Shown in pieces: positions 39,101-47,535 of a stretch of DNA of 53,036 bases. The notes beneath the pieces were generated by a model. The model was given only the letters and a program-made list of their open reading frames with translations, had not been told where the DNA came from and made no database searches. The stretch is taken from positions 1 through 53,036 of the forward strand of contig JALUEE010000030.1 of the NCBI GenBank assembly GCA_027053075.1, given 5' to 3'. Made by a program: the position numbers and the translations under genes. The DNA comes from a candidate division WOR-3 bacterium. Lineage in GTDB: Bacteria > Hydrothermota > Hydrothermia > B15-G9 > WFZT01. Each line of letters begins with the position of its first letter. Positions within the stretch are counted from its first letter, which is position 1.

Positions 39101-39189
39101 CCTACGACCTGAGAAGCGGTATCTACTTTTTAACAGTCAAAACCGGGATTGGTCAAAAAATCACAAAGAAATTTATAATCTTGAGATAG
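36184..39189 (+). CDS. Large secreted protein with Asp-rich putative Ca-binding repeats and T9SS type-A-like C-terminal domain
   Basis: EWP..SG..YL, DGINNDGD..IDE, DGIDNDGDWD, DDVGADG; C-terminus VYDVSGRL...LRSGIYFL...KKFIILR. Confidence 0.8.
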   Translation: MLELLLAISIIGGPAGHADRRFAVTAGNVRTKFFNTGAICGPDRVNPWPRMEWPANSGHTYLYEAGLLIGARVKAYDPVRHDSVWIWIVDDPIQNGGDEDFEPYGGYANPQSDTFAISNNNLTWPSVWPDYITILGDTISNLSGSWPGEFWGGRMMVDTIHGQESFWAMCDSANVEFMPGNSSGNPYYDPGNNMRGLGLTVYGRSYVVTTDTLMRNAIIFDYIIINTSARELDSLVVGYYLDPKIGGPGPDAFDDMYEVDTSLQTFRFYDQDGQGIDADGNPYQTGQFAFVFLQTPGNASDGINNDGDFFIDESPTDGIDNDGDWDPYTDDVGADGIPNTHDFGEMDLWPTVGEPHFEWRDPDEIDEMGLTAAHNFIIGAGGAFAANDSVMGEFMRPGVYDVSPGPGDLVTLVSSGFFRLLPGERTRFVVAFVFDPHRNNTNTLYARVRRLYRIYRNFLGAGIPPAYYQMNFVSPSPGEVISGNYQIEWSPQTHNPEIQRLAASWNNGISYNIIVSFYQVPGSSFSWDTHGWPDGSLYRLKLELIDQQLGFGYAESGIFILDNPDVNGRGMGVILTDNFPDSLRNTISLPVVSGDPEGDDYEVKIFLSVDNMRSWALIYDSIFNATLDTSIFQFDTREYPNTDSAYFAVVCNSQGTEDTTQIAGPFTIANYRHYQSGDSVIAHVAGTGDGEITICKLGNPTTDDTFRLTFTTQNGAIYYSLYNLNSGNYVFTNYPLIPGLESPDFGNMRLLISTVTDTVPGDTSNMHIAGNSNFSIDVQIAPRGIKLPHDYIIHFYDHLVGLAMYNTIRDTITVNFTVLDRTSGELFIPVFVDGDLDSIIANPNGRDALFPVYYQNGHPVPTWKLRFFGPYTNPVPPSDGDIYYVRILDPFDESDTFLIYASRVTSVHENNRGGKLNLQMPTVMLKNRKIQLSLNLPTRTDLSIKVYDVSGRLRIQKFLNSRGPGLISVNIPAYDLRSGIYFLTVKTGIGQKITKKFIILR

Positions 39190-39208
39190 ATTTTAGAGGC
39201 TGCCTATT

Positions 39209-40834
39209 ATGGAATGGGCCTTGCTTGTCCAGCTACTTCTTTTGGGACAGTTGAGCTATCCTTACAGTGTAGGGGTGCTTGAGTTTCCCCATGATGAGGG
39301 TGCTCATCCCGCAGATACAGTACTATCGGAATGGTGGTACTTAAATATGGCTCTTACAGACGAGAATTCCGACAGTTTCGGAATTATGCTCACATTCTTC
39401 AGAAAACCGGCAGTTGCAAGGATCTTTAACCTGACTGACGTTTCAAGAGATACCTTCTACTCCGGTGTGAAAATTCTGGGCTCTTTAAATGCAGACACGG
39501 GGCATACCTATATCACGTATAGAAGTCTTGATGGGACTGCGGTTGATACCTTCAGGTGGACCTATCCTGTGGATGGGCAGGCATTTTCATATATCATTGG
39601 AGCTCATGATCTGAATACACACGTATCCTGCTCACTCCGGGTCAGTGCCTTTGAATATCCTTTTGCAATAGATAGCACCGGGATCGTCATCCTCGGTGAC
39701 TCCGGCAATATCAGCTATTACTACGCTATCCCTTTTATGAACGTTACAGGTAGACTTTCAATCAATGACACCGTGCACAATGTCACAGGTCTTGCGTGGA
39801 TTGACCGGCAGTGGGGGCCCTTTGTCGTTACTCCACAGGGTGGATATGAGTGGTTTTCTGTTGTCGCCTCTGAGAATAACAAATGGTTAGGTCTTCAGAT
39901 ATGGAATCTCTTTGATGGGGATTCGGTTCCTGATTCTCCCGACTACTGGCACCTTAATATTTTCGGACACACACCGGATACCTCCTTTGAAATCTACACT
40001 TCCCAATTTAGCCTGGAGAGACTTGGATATTTTCATGATGAAGTGAGTGGAAAATACTTCTCAGCAGGATGGAGGTTAATCTGGCAGAATGACAGTAATC
40101 TCATTTTCCTTGAAATGCATCCACGGGTAGATGACCAGATAACCACTTTCGTGACAAGTCGCTTTTATGAAGGAATTACATGGATTTCTAAACTTACCGC
40201 TAACTTTCAAAACGAGAATTACATCTCGCAGGTTAGCGAGGGCTATGGCTACGCAGAACTTGTCCAAAAATACGATTCCCTGATCACACCACCCAGTGCT
40301 CCTGTATTCTCTGGCTTCAGGTACGACTCAACATCCAGCATCCTGACGGCAATCTGGCATCCTGCTGAAGCCGGAAGCTATCCTATTGCAGGATACCATG
40401 TGTATTTATTTGATCCGCAAAATCCTGAAACGATCAGGAAAATTTTGACCACCTCCGATACTGCTGTGAGCTTCCATATTTCTCCTGACAGTAGTGTGGG
40501 GATTTATATCTCCAGTTTCGATTCTGCATCGGCCACAAACGGCAGCGTCTTATCAGGTCCTTATGTCTTCAATCCACACTCGGTTGCCGAGAGACCACCC
40601 TCATCGGCCCAGCTCTTCATGGAAATCTATCAAATTCATCGATCTGTCCAGCTTCATATAAGGGCTAACGGCAAATGGAGACTCCAGATATATTCACCCT
40701 CAGGAAGGCTCATCAAAGAAATAACCGGGAATGGAGAAAGTGTAAGAACTTTGAGCTTCCCCTCTGGTGTTTACTTTGCTGAGCTTTCATCGAAGGGCAA
40801 AATTAGAAGGGGCAGGTTTATTGTAATTAAATAG
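39209..40834 (+). CDS. Secreted AttH/CrtC-like lipocalin-fold protein with FN3-like domain and T9SS-like C-terminal domain
   Basis: FPHDEGAHP..EWWY, GLAWIDRQWG, YEWFS, FYEG; PPSAP..W...GY.VY; IYSPSGRL...PSGVYF. Confidence 0.75.
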   Translation: MEWALLVQLLLLGQLSYPYSVGVLEFPHDEGAHPADTVLSEWWYLNMALTDENSDSFGIMLTFFRKPAVARIFNLTDVSRDTFYSGVKILGSLNADTGHTYITYRSLDGTAVDTFRWTYPVDGQAFSYIIGAHDLNTHVSCSLRVSAFEYPFAIDSTGIVILGDSGNISYYYAIPFMNVTGRLSINDTVHNVTGLAWIDRQWGPFVVTPQGGYEWFSVVASENNKWLGLQIWNLFDGDSVPDSPDYWHLNIFGHTPDTSFEIYTSQFSLERLGYFHDEVSGKYFSAGWRLIWQNDSNLIFLEMHPRVDDQITTFVTSRFYEGITWISKLTANFQNENYISQVSEGYGYAELVQKYDSLITPPSAPVFSGFRYDSTSSILTAIWHPAEAGSYPIAGYHVYLFDPQNPETIRKILTTSDTAVSFHISPDSSVGIYISSFDSASATNGSVLSGPYVFNPHSVAERPPSSAQLFMEIYQIHRSVQLHIRANGKWRLQIYSPSGRLIKEITGNGESVRTLSFPSGVYFAELSSKGKIRRGRFIVIK

Positions 40835-40843
40835 TTTAGTGAG

Positions 40844-40878
40844 GGGTGCGTCCGCGCACTTCGTGCGCGGACGCACCC
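40844..40878. terminator. Family-A hairpin between convergent genes; likely terminator
   Basis: GGGTGCGTCCGCGCAC-TTC-GTGCGCGGACGCACCC, 16-bp stem, 10 nt after the stop at 40834. Confidence 0.65.
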
Positions 40879-40956
40879 AAAAAATAACACTACTTAATTA
40901 CGTGAATTCCATTTCACACTGTGCTTATGCAGAACGCACCCTAAACCCTAAAATCC

Positions 40957-42951
40957 CTAATCCTCCATCGCCTCAGCTACAAGCTGGGCAATGTCACGAA
41001 CCTTTACCTCTTCCTCTACACCCTTAACTTTTGCCGCATCATCAAACATGGCATAGCAGAATGGGCATGCGACAGCAACTTCTTTGGCCCCTGTTTCTAT
41101 TGCCTGCTCCATCCTCATCACATTCAGCCTCTGACCTATATTCACCTCAAACCACATGCTACCACCACCAGCTCCGCAGCAGAAGGAATTCTCTCTGTTT
41201 TTCTCCATTTCAACAAGCTGGACACCCTTGATTGATGTCAAGACATCACGCGGTGCATCATAAACTCCGTTGTGACGGCCAAGATAACAGGGGTCATGGA
41301 AGGTTATCTTACCTTTGTGCTCTTTCTTGAGCTTGATCTTACCCTCTTTGAGTAATTTTTCGATGATCTCTGTGTAATGGTAAACTTCATAATTGCCACC
41401 AAAATCAGGGTATTCATTCTTGATCGTATTGTACCCGTGTGGACATATTGTGATGATTTTCTTCACACCATAGTTGTCGAACGTCTCGATGTTCTGCATG
41501 GCAAGCATCTGGTAAAGATACTCGTTGCCGAGTCTTCTTGCCGAATCACCGCAGCACATCTCTTCAGGACCAAGAATTGCATAATCAATTCCTGCCTTAT
41601 TTAAAATCTTTGCAAGCGCCACAGCCGTCTTCTTGGTCGTTTCATCAAAAGAGGCCATACAGCCAACAAAGAGCAGGTATTCTGCCTTACCTTTTTCAGA
41701 CATCAGGGGCACATCGAGTCCTTTCGCCCAATCACCACGTGTGCTATTGTCGATTCCCCAAGGATTGGACGCAACTTCGAAGTTTTTGAACGCTGTTGTA
41801 ATTTCAGACGGGAATTTACTCTCTTCAAGCACCATGTAACGTCTCATGTCAATGATATCAAACATGTGCTCGTTACTCATGGGGCAGTGGTGTAAGCAAG
41901 CGCCGCAGGTGGTGCATGACCAGAGTCCATCTTCTGAAACCACAGTCCCCACAAGCTGCCGTTCAGATTCTCCTTTCTTAAGCAGATTATCTTTTTCATC
42001 GAGTAAATTAAACTGTATGTTCAAAATGATCCACTTGGGTGATAGGGGCTTTCCGGATGCGTAGGCAGGGCATACGTCCTGACACCTGCCACATTCAATA
42101 CAGGTAAATGAATCATAAAGGCGTTTCCATGAAAGCTGCTCCAGCTTTGAAGCGCCGAAAAATTCCGCGTTCTCAAGATCGAGGGTGGTTAGCTTTCCCG
42201 AAGGTTTATCATACTTGAAAAATGCATTGAAAGGCCCGGTAACAAGGTGAAGGTGTTTTGAATTTGGGATGAAAACCAAAAACGTGAGAATCAAAACAAT
42301 GTGTGTCCACCAGAAAACTTTGAATCCCACCATTGATGGTGGCAGGAAAGACGCAAGAAACTGGCCAAAGAATGGCTTTTGTTCCTCAATCCCAAGACTG
42401 ATCCCAAAACCCTCCATAAGGAGATAGGAAATCATAAGACCGCTGATCAAAAGAATGACAATGGTGGATTCGAGCTGAGGCCTTTCTTTACCACGTGGAT
42501 GCACAATTACACCGGAGTCTTCAGGTGGATGCAAAAGTGAAGGTGGCCTCAAGACGTATCTCCTGAACGCAAGGCCCAAGATACCAAAAAGAACAAGAAG
42601 GGCGATCAGGTCTACGATATTTGTGTAAACCTTTCCAAATCCACCACGAAAGATGTACAGGTACTCGGAATAACCTGATAGAACGTGGTTGATTGTCACA
42701 AGGGCAAAGAAGACAAACCCCCAGAACACGAAGAAGTGAAGCATACCAGTCCAGGGCCTATCCCTCAGGGTGCATCTCTGGCAGAATACATGCAATATCG
42801 CATACCATAGCCGTTTAGGCCAGTTGTTGGTTCTCTTATCAGGCTGTCCCTTTTTAACGAGAAGGTACCTGATATAAAACGCCTTAAAGGAGAGATACAC
42901 ACCAACCACGATAATGATAGTGAGTATAACTTTTTCAATTAAGCTCAGCAT
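40957..42951 (-). CDS. Membrane-anchored Fe-S oxidoreductase (FadF/HdrD-like, CCG domains)
   Basis: N-terminal TMs, SKHLH, two CxxCxxCxxxCP motifs, CCG, CPH, HDPCYLGR, CCGAGGG, ACPFC. Confidence 0.92.
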   Translation of the reverse strand: MLSLIEKVILTIIIVVGVYLSFKAFYIRYLLVKKGQPDKRTNNWPKRLWYAILHVFCQRCTLRDRPWTGMLHFFVFWGFVFFALVTINHVLSGYSEYLYIFRGGFGKVYTNIVDLIALLVLFGILGLAFRRYVLRPPSLLHPPEDSGVIVHPRGKERPQLESTIVILLISGLMISYLLMEGFGISLGIEEQKPFFGQFLASFLPPSMVGFKVFWWTHIVLILTFLVFIPNSKHLHLVTGPFNAFFKYDKPSGKLTTLDLENAEFFGASKLEQLSWKRLYDSFTCIECGRCQDVCPAYASGKPLSPKWIILNIQFNLLDEKDNLLKKGESERQLVGTVVSEDGLWSCTTCGACLHHCPMSNEHMFDIIDMRRYMVLEESKFPSEITTAFKNFEVASNPWGIDNSTRGDWAKGLDVPLMSEKGKAEYLLFVGCMASFDETTKKTAVALAKILNKAGIDYAILGPEEMCCGDSARRLGNEYLYQMLAMQNIETFDNYGVKKIITICPHGYNTIKNEYPDFGGNYEVYHYTEIIEKLLKEGKIKLKKEHKGKITFHDPCYLGRHNGVYDAPRDVLTSIKGVQLVEMEKNRENSFCCGAGGGSMWFEVNIGQRLNVMRMEQAIETGAKEVAVACPFCYAMFDDAAKVKGVEEEVKVRDIAQLVAEAMED

Positions 42952-42975
42952 AAATCACCTCCAGGGTGTATTTTC

Positions 42976-42989
42976 TGACCGACCGGTCA
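42976..42989. promoter_or_regulatory. Palindromic operator candidate upstream of the FadF-like gene
   Basis: TGACCG-AC-CGGTCA, about 25 nt from the start codon. Confidence 0.45.
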
Positions 42990-43029
42990 TATAAACTCAA
43001 AATATTTTACGCACTTTTAAAAGACCAGA

Positions 43030-43530
43030 TTATTCAATGGTTAAAAGTACAGCGCCAGCCTCAACGGTCTGGCCCTTTGAAACTTTAAGTTCCTTGACCA
43101 CCCCATCGCGCGGGGCCTTTATCTCGTTTCTCATCTTCATGGCCTCGAGAACGAGCAGGGCCTCGCCCTTTTTAACCTCTCGGCCTATCTCGGCCATCAC
43201 ATCAACAATTAAGCCGGACATCGGAGACTTTACTTTCCTGGGCCCTTTCTGCTCTGCCTTCCTTCTCTCACCTGAACGCCCAATGGACTTTACGATGGTC
43301 ATTTCGTGAGTCCTGTCCGGGAAGCTGATCTCAAGGGTTCCATTTGATTTAAAATTTGCCTGAAAAATTAAGGGACGTCCATCAACAAAGGCCACATAAG
43401 TATTCTTGCCATCGAGACTCAAGAGCTCAACTTCACTCGATTCGCCGTTTAAAAATATTCGCTTTGAGCCGTTTTCATCAATTATGGAGACTTCAAATCC
43501 ACCATCTTCAAATTCAATCCAGTATTTCAT
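43030..43530 (-). CDS. Biotin carboxyl carrier protein
   Basis: SPMSG...LEAMKMRNEI.AP.DG. Confidence 0.93.
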   Translation of the reverse strand: MKYWIEFEDGGFEVSIIDENGSKRIFLNGESSEVELLSLDGKNTYVAFVDGRPLIFQANFKSNGTLEISFPDRTHEMTIVKSIGRSGERRKAEQKGPRKVKSPMSGLIVDVMAEIGREVKKGEALLVLEAMKMRNEIKAPRDGVVKELKVSKGQTVEAGAVLLTIE

Positions 43531-45019
43531 CAAAGCCTCCCTTCAACGCCAATTCTCTACCTATGACTTTCCACTTGCTCTCTTTTATACACTCACCTTT
43601 TGGCTCTGATGGCACTGCAGACCTTATGGAAAATACAAGTGAGCCCGCAAGAGCAGCCTCTTTTTTCCTCTCCACCGGTGAATAGTGGAATTCATTTAAG
43701 AATCCTGTGTGAATATCACCGCGACGAAATCTCTCATCGTTGATAATCTTTTTGTGGAAATCAATGGCAGTTTGAATTCCAAAAACAATGTATTCGTTTA
43801 GTGCACGTTCTAAGCGATTCAGGGCCTCTTCACGGTCTTCTCCCCATGCAATGAGCTTGGAAAGCATGGGATCGTAATAAATGGGCACCTCGTACCCTTG
43901 GTAAATTCCTGAATCTACCCTGATGTATGGCCCGTTGGGCTCTCTTAAAAAGGTGATCTTGCCCGGTGATGGGAAAAAGTTGTTGGCAGGGTCTTCCGCG
44001 TAAATGCGCGCCTCAATGGCCCAGCCGCGGGGCTCTATATCTTTCTGAGTAAAGGATAGTTTCTCACCCTCTGCCACTCTGATTTGCTCTTTTACAAGGT
44101 CCATGCCGAGCCTGACCTCTGTAACCGGATGTTCCACCTGTAGTCTTGCATTCACCTCAAGGAAATAGAAGTTAAGGTCGTTATCAACGAGGAATTCCAC
44201 AGTGCCTGCATTGTAGTAACCTGCTGCCTTTATCAGCTCAACTGCCGCTTCGCCCATCTCTTTTCTCTTCTCTGGTGTCATGATTGGTGAAGGAGATTCC
44301 TCGATGATTTTCTGGTGTCTTCTCTGGATGGAGCATTCTCTCTCGCCGAGATACACAACGTTTCCATACTTATCAGCAATAATCTGCATCTCCACGTGTC
44401 TCGGGTTTTCGATGAATTTCTCTATGTAAATTGTGGGGTCACCAAAGGCTCCCAATGCCTCGGCCTGAGCAAGTTTGAAGGCAGAGGCAAATTCCTGCTC
44501 CTCTCTTACCACCCTCATCCCCTTACCGCCACCTCCCATAGCAGCTTTGAGAAGCACCGGAAAACCTATTTTTCTTGCAATCTCGATACCTTCTTCCACT
44601 GTGGAAATCCCCTCTTTAGAGCCGGGGACGGTTGGGACACCTACCTTTTGAGCAAGTTTTCTCGCCTGAAGTTTATCACCCATGAGCCTCATGGCTTCGG
44701 GTGGAGGGCCAATAAAGATGAGGCCAGCCTCTATGACTTTCTGAGCAAACTCTGCATTTTCTGATAAAAATCCGTATCCTGGATGAATTGCGTCAGCACC
44801 TGCCTCTTTAGCAATAGAAATAATGCGGTCCATATTGAGGTAACTTCTTTCACTTTCAGGGGGCCCGACCCGATAAGCCCTGTCTGAGAGTATCACGTGA
44901 AGTGCATTTTTATCGGCATCAGAATAAATGGCAATGTATTCGATTCCTAAGTCCCTTGCGGTACGTCCGATTCTTAAGGAGATTTCCCCACGGTTGGCAA
45001 CAAGAAGCCGTTGAATCAT
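43514..45019 (-). CDS. accC: Biotin carboxylase subunit of an acyl-CoA carboxylase
   Basis: ANRGEI, HPGYGFLSEN, GGGGKGMR, RECSIQRRHQK, RLQVEHPVTE, YDPMLSKL. Confidence 0.95.
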   Translation of the reverse strand: MIQRLLVANRGEISLRIGRTARDLGIEYIAIYSDADKNALHVILSDRAYRVGPPESERSYLNMDRIISIAKEAGADAIHPGYGFLSENAEFAQKVIEAGLIFIGPPPEAMRLMGDKLQARKLAQKVGVPTVPGSKEGISTVEEGIEIARKIGFPVLLKAAMGGGGKGMRVVREEQEFASAFKLAQAEALGAFGDPTIYIEKFIENPRHVEMQIIADKYGNVVYLGERECSIQRRHQKIIEESPSPIMTPEKRKEMGEAAVELIKAAGYYNAGTVEFLVDNDLNFYFLEVNARLQVEHPVTEVRLGMDLVKEQIRVAEGEKLSFTQKDIEPRGWAIEARIYAEDPANNFFPSPGKITFLREPNGPYIRVDSGIYQGYEVPIYYDPMLSKLIAWGEDREEALNRLERALNEYIVFGIQTAIDFHKKIINDERFRRGDIHTGFLNEFHYSPVERKKEAALAGSLVFSIRSAVPSEPKGECIKESKWKVIGRELALKGGFDEILD

Positions 45020-45306
45020 GCGAATATACTAAAACACACCACCATTTAATGTCAAATCGAGTGTGGTTGAAACTTATATCTTGGAATACAGGCTGGAAAT
45101 TTTGTGCACACCTTTCAGGTTTGGCCTATTCCCTGGTTTTCTAAAGGAAATCTGGCGATCAGGATTGTCTTCTATAAATTGTTCATCATTTAACCCCAGA
45201 ATCTCCGTAAAGACATGGAGGATAGCATGGTTAATGCGTCGTTGGCTTAAAATTTTTCAATATTCGTCCACAGATGCTTGCAACCTGCTTCTTTTAACTA
45301 CAGGTC

Positions 45307-45678
45307 TTATTTGGCCGGTTCATTCTGAGTCATTGATTTTATTTTTGCCATAACTAAAAGAATCATATACTTCTTAAAATCTTCGGGTGAGGTATCTTTT
45401 GCAACTTTCCATAAGGGACCAAGCAATTTTCTATGTTCTTTTAGTTCTTCCCTGACTTTCTGGAGCGATTCATCGTCAGAGTGAAACGCCATGTTGACGA
45501 GAGTCATAAGAATTCTCGTGTCATTCTTCGCTACGTCGAATGCTTTATCAGGTCCAACACCATTTTGCATGGCATTTAAAGCAATAATGAGGGCATGGTC
45601 TTGCAAATCTTGCGGCCATTTAACGGTCCATTCTCTCCATTCTCCCGGCAGTTCCTCAAGAAGTTTATTCTTAGCCAT
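45307..45678 (-). CDS. Hypothetical helical protein (123 aa)
   Basis: ATG with GGAGGA SD; no recognisable motif. Confidence 0.65.
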   Translation of the reverse strand: MAKNKLLEELPGEWREWTVKWPQDLQDHALIIALNAMQNGVGPDKAFDVAKNDTRILMTLVNMAFHSDDESLQKVREELKEHRKLLGPLWKVAKDTSPEDFKKYMILLVMAKIKSMTQNEPAK

Positions 45679-45832
45679 TTAATCCTCCAGTTCTAACAAA
45701 CTAATTTAAAGTCCCGAACACCAATTTTCAAAGTTTAGACAAAAGAGTCTCCCGCACCATCCTTCCTTCTATATGAAGTGTAATGATAAAGATAGAGGTA
45801 ATGAAGAATTTTATTTGACAAGCCCCCTCAAT

Positions 45833-45860
45833 TTGACAGTTAGTTTGGGGCGGATATAAT
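45833..45860 (+). promoter_or_regulatory. Consensus sigma70 promoter of the ABC operon
   Basis: TTGACA-16-TATAAT. Confidence 0.7.
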
Positions 45861-45894
45861 TTTTTATTCCAATCCATTTCCCGGGGGAATTGCA

Positions 45895-46836
45895 ATGATC
45901 GAGGTCAGAAATATTGTGAAGCACTATGGTTTTGTCAAAGCCCTCGATGATGTGAGCTTTGAGGTGAAAAAAGGCGAAATAGTTGGATTTCTTGGACCCA
46001 ACGGCGCCGGCAAAACCACCACCATGCGAATCATCACAGGCTACCTCTATCCAGACTCAGGAGATGTGAGAGTAAAAGGAGTGAGTGTGCTTGAGGAGCC
46101 CCTGGAGGTCAAGAGAAATATCGGATACCTGCCCGAGGACAACCCGCTCTATTACGATATGGAAGTCATGGAGTACCTTGAATTCATAGGTGAAGCCCGG
46201 GGGCTAAAAAAACACAAACTGAAATCCGAGATAGACAGAGTAATCAATACCGTGGACATCAGCCACGTTGTTTATCGTCCTATCGGCGAGCTTTCCAAGG
46301 GGTACAAGCAGAGGGTGGGACTCGCCCAGGCACTCCTCCACGATCCCGAAATCCTCATCCTCGATGAGCCCACTACGGGACTCGACCCCACTCAAATCGT
46401 GGAAATCAGAAGCTTAATAAAGGAACTCGGGAAGGAGAAAACTCTAATCATATCCACCCATATCCTTCCGGAGGCTGCTGCAACCTCGACACGAATACTC
46501 ATCATAAACAAAGGAAAAATCGTTGCTTCTGGCTCACCTGAAGAGCTTACAGCCATGGCCCGTGGAGGCGCCACAATTCACGTAATTTTCCGCGATCACG
46601 AAGAAGCCATTAGTTCAACTCTTTCAAGCGTGGAGTGGATTGACAATTTCACTTCAAAGAAATCTACCAACGAGGAAGTGGAATTTATCATCAAGCCCAG
46701 AGGCGAAGAGGATATTAGAGAAAAACTCTACATGCTCGCAAAGACCAACGACTGGATTCTCCTCGAGATGTGGCGTGAGAAGGCAACCCTCGAAGATGTG
46801 TTCCTTTCCCTCATAACCGAGGAGGTGCCATCATGA
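45895..46836 (+). CDS. ABC transporter ATP-binding protein (GldA-like)
   Basis: GPNGAGKTT, LSKGYKQRVGLAQA, LDEPT.GLDP.Q, STHIL. Confidence 0.95.
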   Translation: MIEVRNIVKHYGFVKALDDVSFEVKKGEIVGFLGPNGAGKTTTMRIITGYLYPDSGDVRVKGVSVLEEPLEVKRNIGYLPEDNPLYYDMEVMEYLEFIGEARGLKKHKLKSEIDRVINTVDISHVVYRPIGELSKGYKQRVGLAQALLHDPEILILDEPTTGLDPTQIVEIRSLIKELGKEKTLIISTHILPEAAATSTRILIINKGKIVASGSPEELTAMARGGATIHVIFRDHEEAISSTLSSVEWIDNFTSKKSTNEEVEFIIKPRGEEDIREKLYMLAKTNDWILLEMWREKATLEDVFLSLITEEVPS

Positions 46837-47534
46837 GTGCTGTGATTAAGAAAGAGCTCAAATCTTATTACAACTCAACTATGGGTTACATTATTACTGT
46901 TGTCTTTCTTGGCCTGACCTCATGGTTGTTTTTCAAAACCTTTTTTCTCTACGGTGAGGCATCTATGAGGGGGTATTTTAATATGCTCCCTGTAATTTTT
47001 ATGCTTTTCATCCCTGCCATCACCATGAGACAGTGGGCAGAGGAGAGAAAGCTTGGCACCATTGAGGTTCTCTTTACACTGCCACTCAAAGACACGGACA
47101 TTTTGCTCGGCAAATTTTTTGCCTCATACATATTTTTACTTGTAATGCTTGCACTCACCATCACGGTCCCTTTGTCCATCGCCCTTGTGGGTAGTCCGGA
47201 CCCCGGAGAAATTGTTTCAGGTTACTTCGGCGCAATTTTATTGGGTGGTGCTTACCTTTCCATAGGTCTCTTTGCATCAAGCCTGACGTCCAGCCAGATT
47301 GTGGCCTTCATCCTTGGACTTATTTTCAGCTTCGCTCTCTTCATCGTAGGCGAAACCTTCGTAACGGTCACACTTCCGCCATCAATTGCCCCTCTGGTTA
47401 GATATTTCGGGCTGGGATACCATTTCGATTCCATTGCACGCGGCGTAATCGACCTGAGGGATCTCACTTACTACCTCGCGGTTATGGTCGTATTTCTCTA
47501 CCTCACATACATCGTGATAAAGGAGAGGAGATAA
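46833..47534 (+). CDS. ABC-2 permease (GldF-like)
   Basis: KKEL..Y, PAITMR.WAEE.K.GT.E.L.T.P, GKF, SSQIVA, RGVID.RD. Confidence 0.9.
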   Translation: MSAVIKKELKSYYNSTMGYIITVVFLGLTSWLFFKTFFLYGEASMRGYFNMLPVIFMLFIPAITMRQWAEERKLGTIEVLFTLPLKDTDILLGKFFASYIFLLVMLALTITVPLSIALVGSPDPGEIVSGYFGAILLGGAYLSIGLFASSLTSSQIVAFILGLIFSFALFIVGETFVTVTLPPSIAPLVRYFGLGYHFDSIARGVIDLRDLTYYLAVMVVFLYLTYIVIKERR

Positions 47535-47535
47535 A

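Noticed and set aside
45070..45300. Minus-strand frame with an internal TGA (possible selenoprotein or readthrough)
   Set aside because: No start codon or SD, no evident SECIS-like hairpin and no recognisable family.
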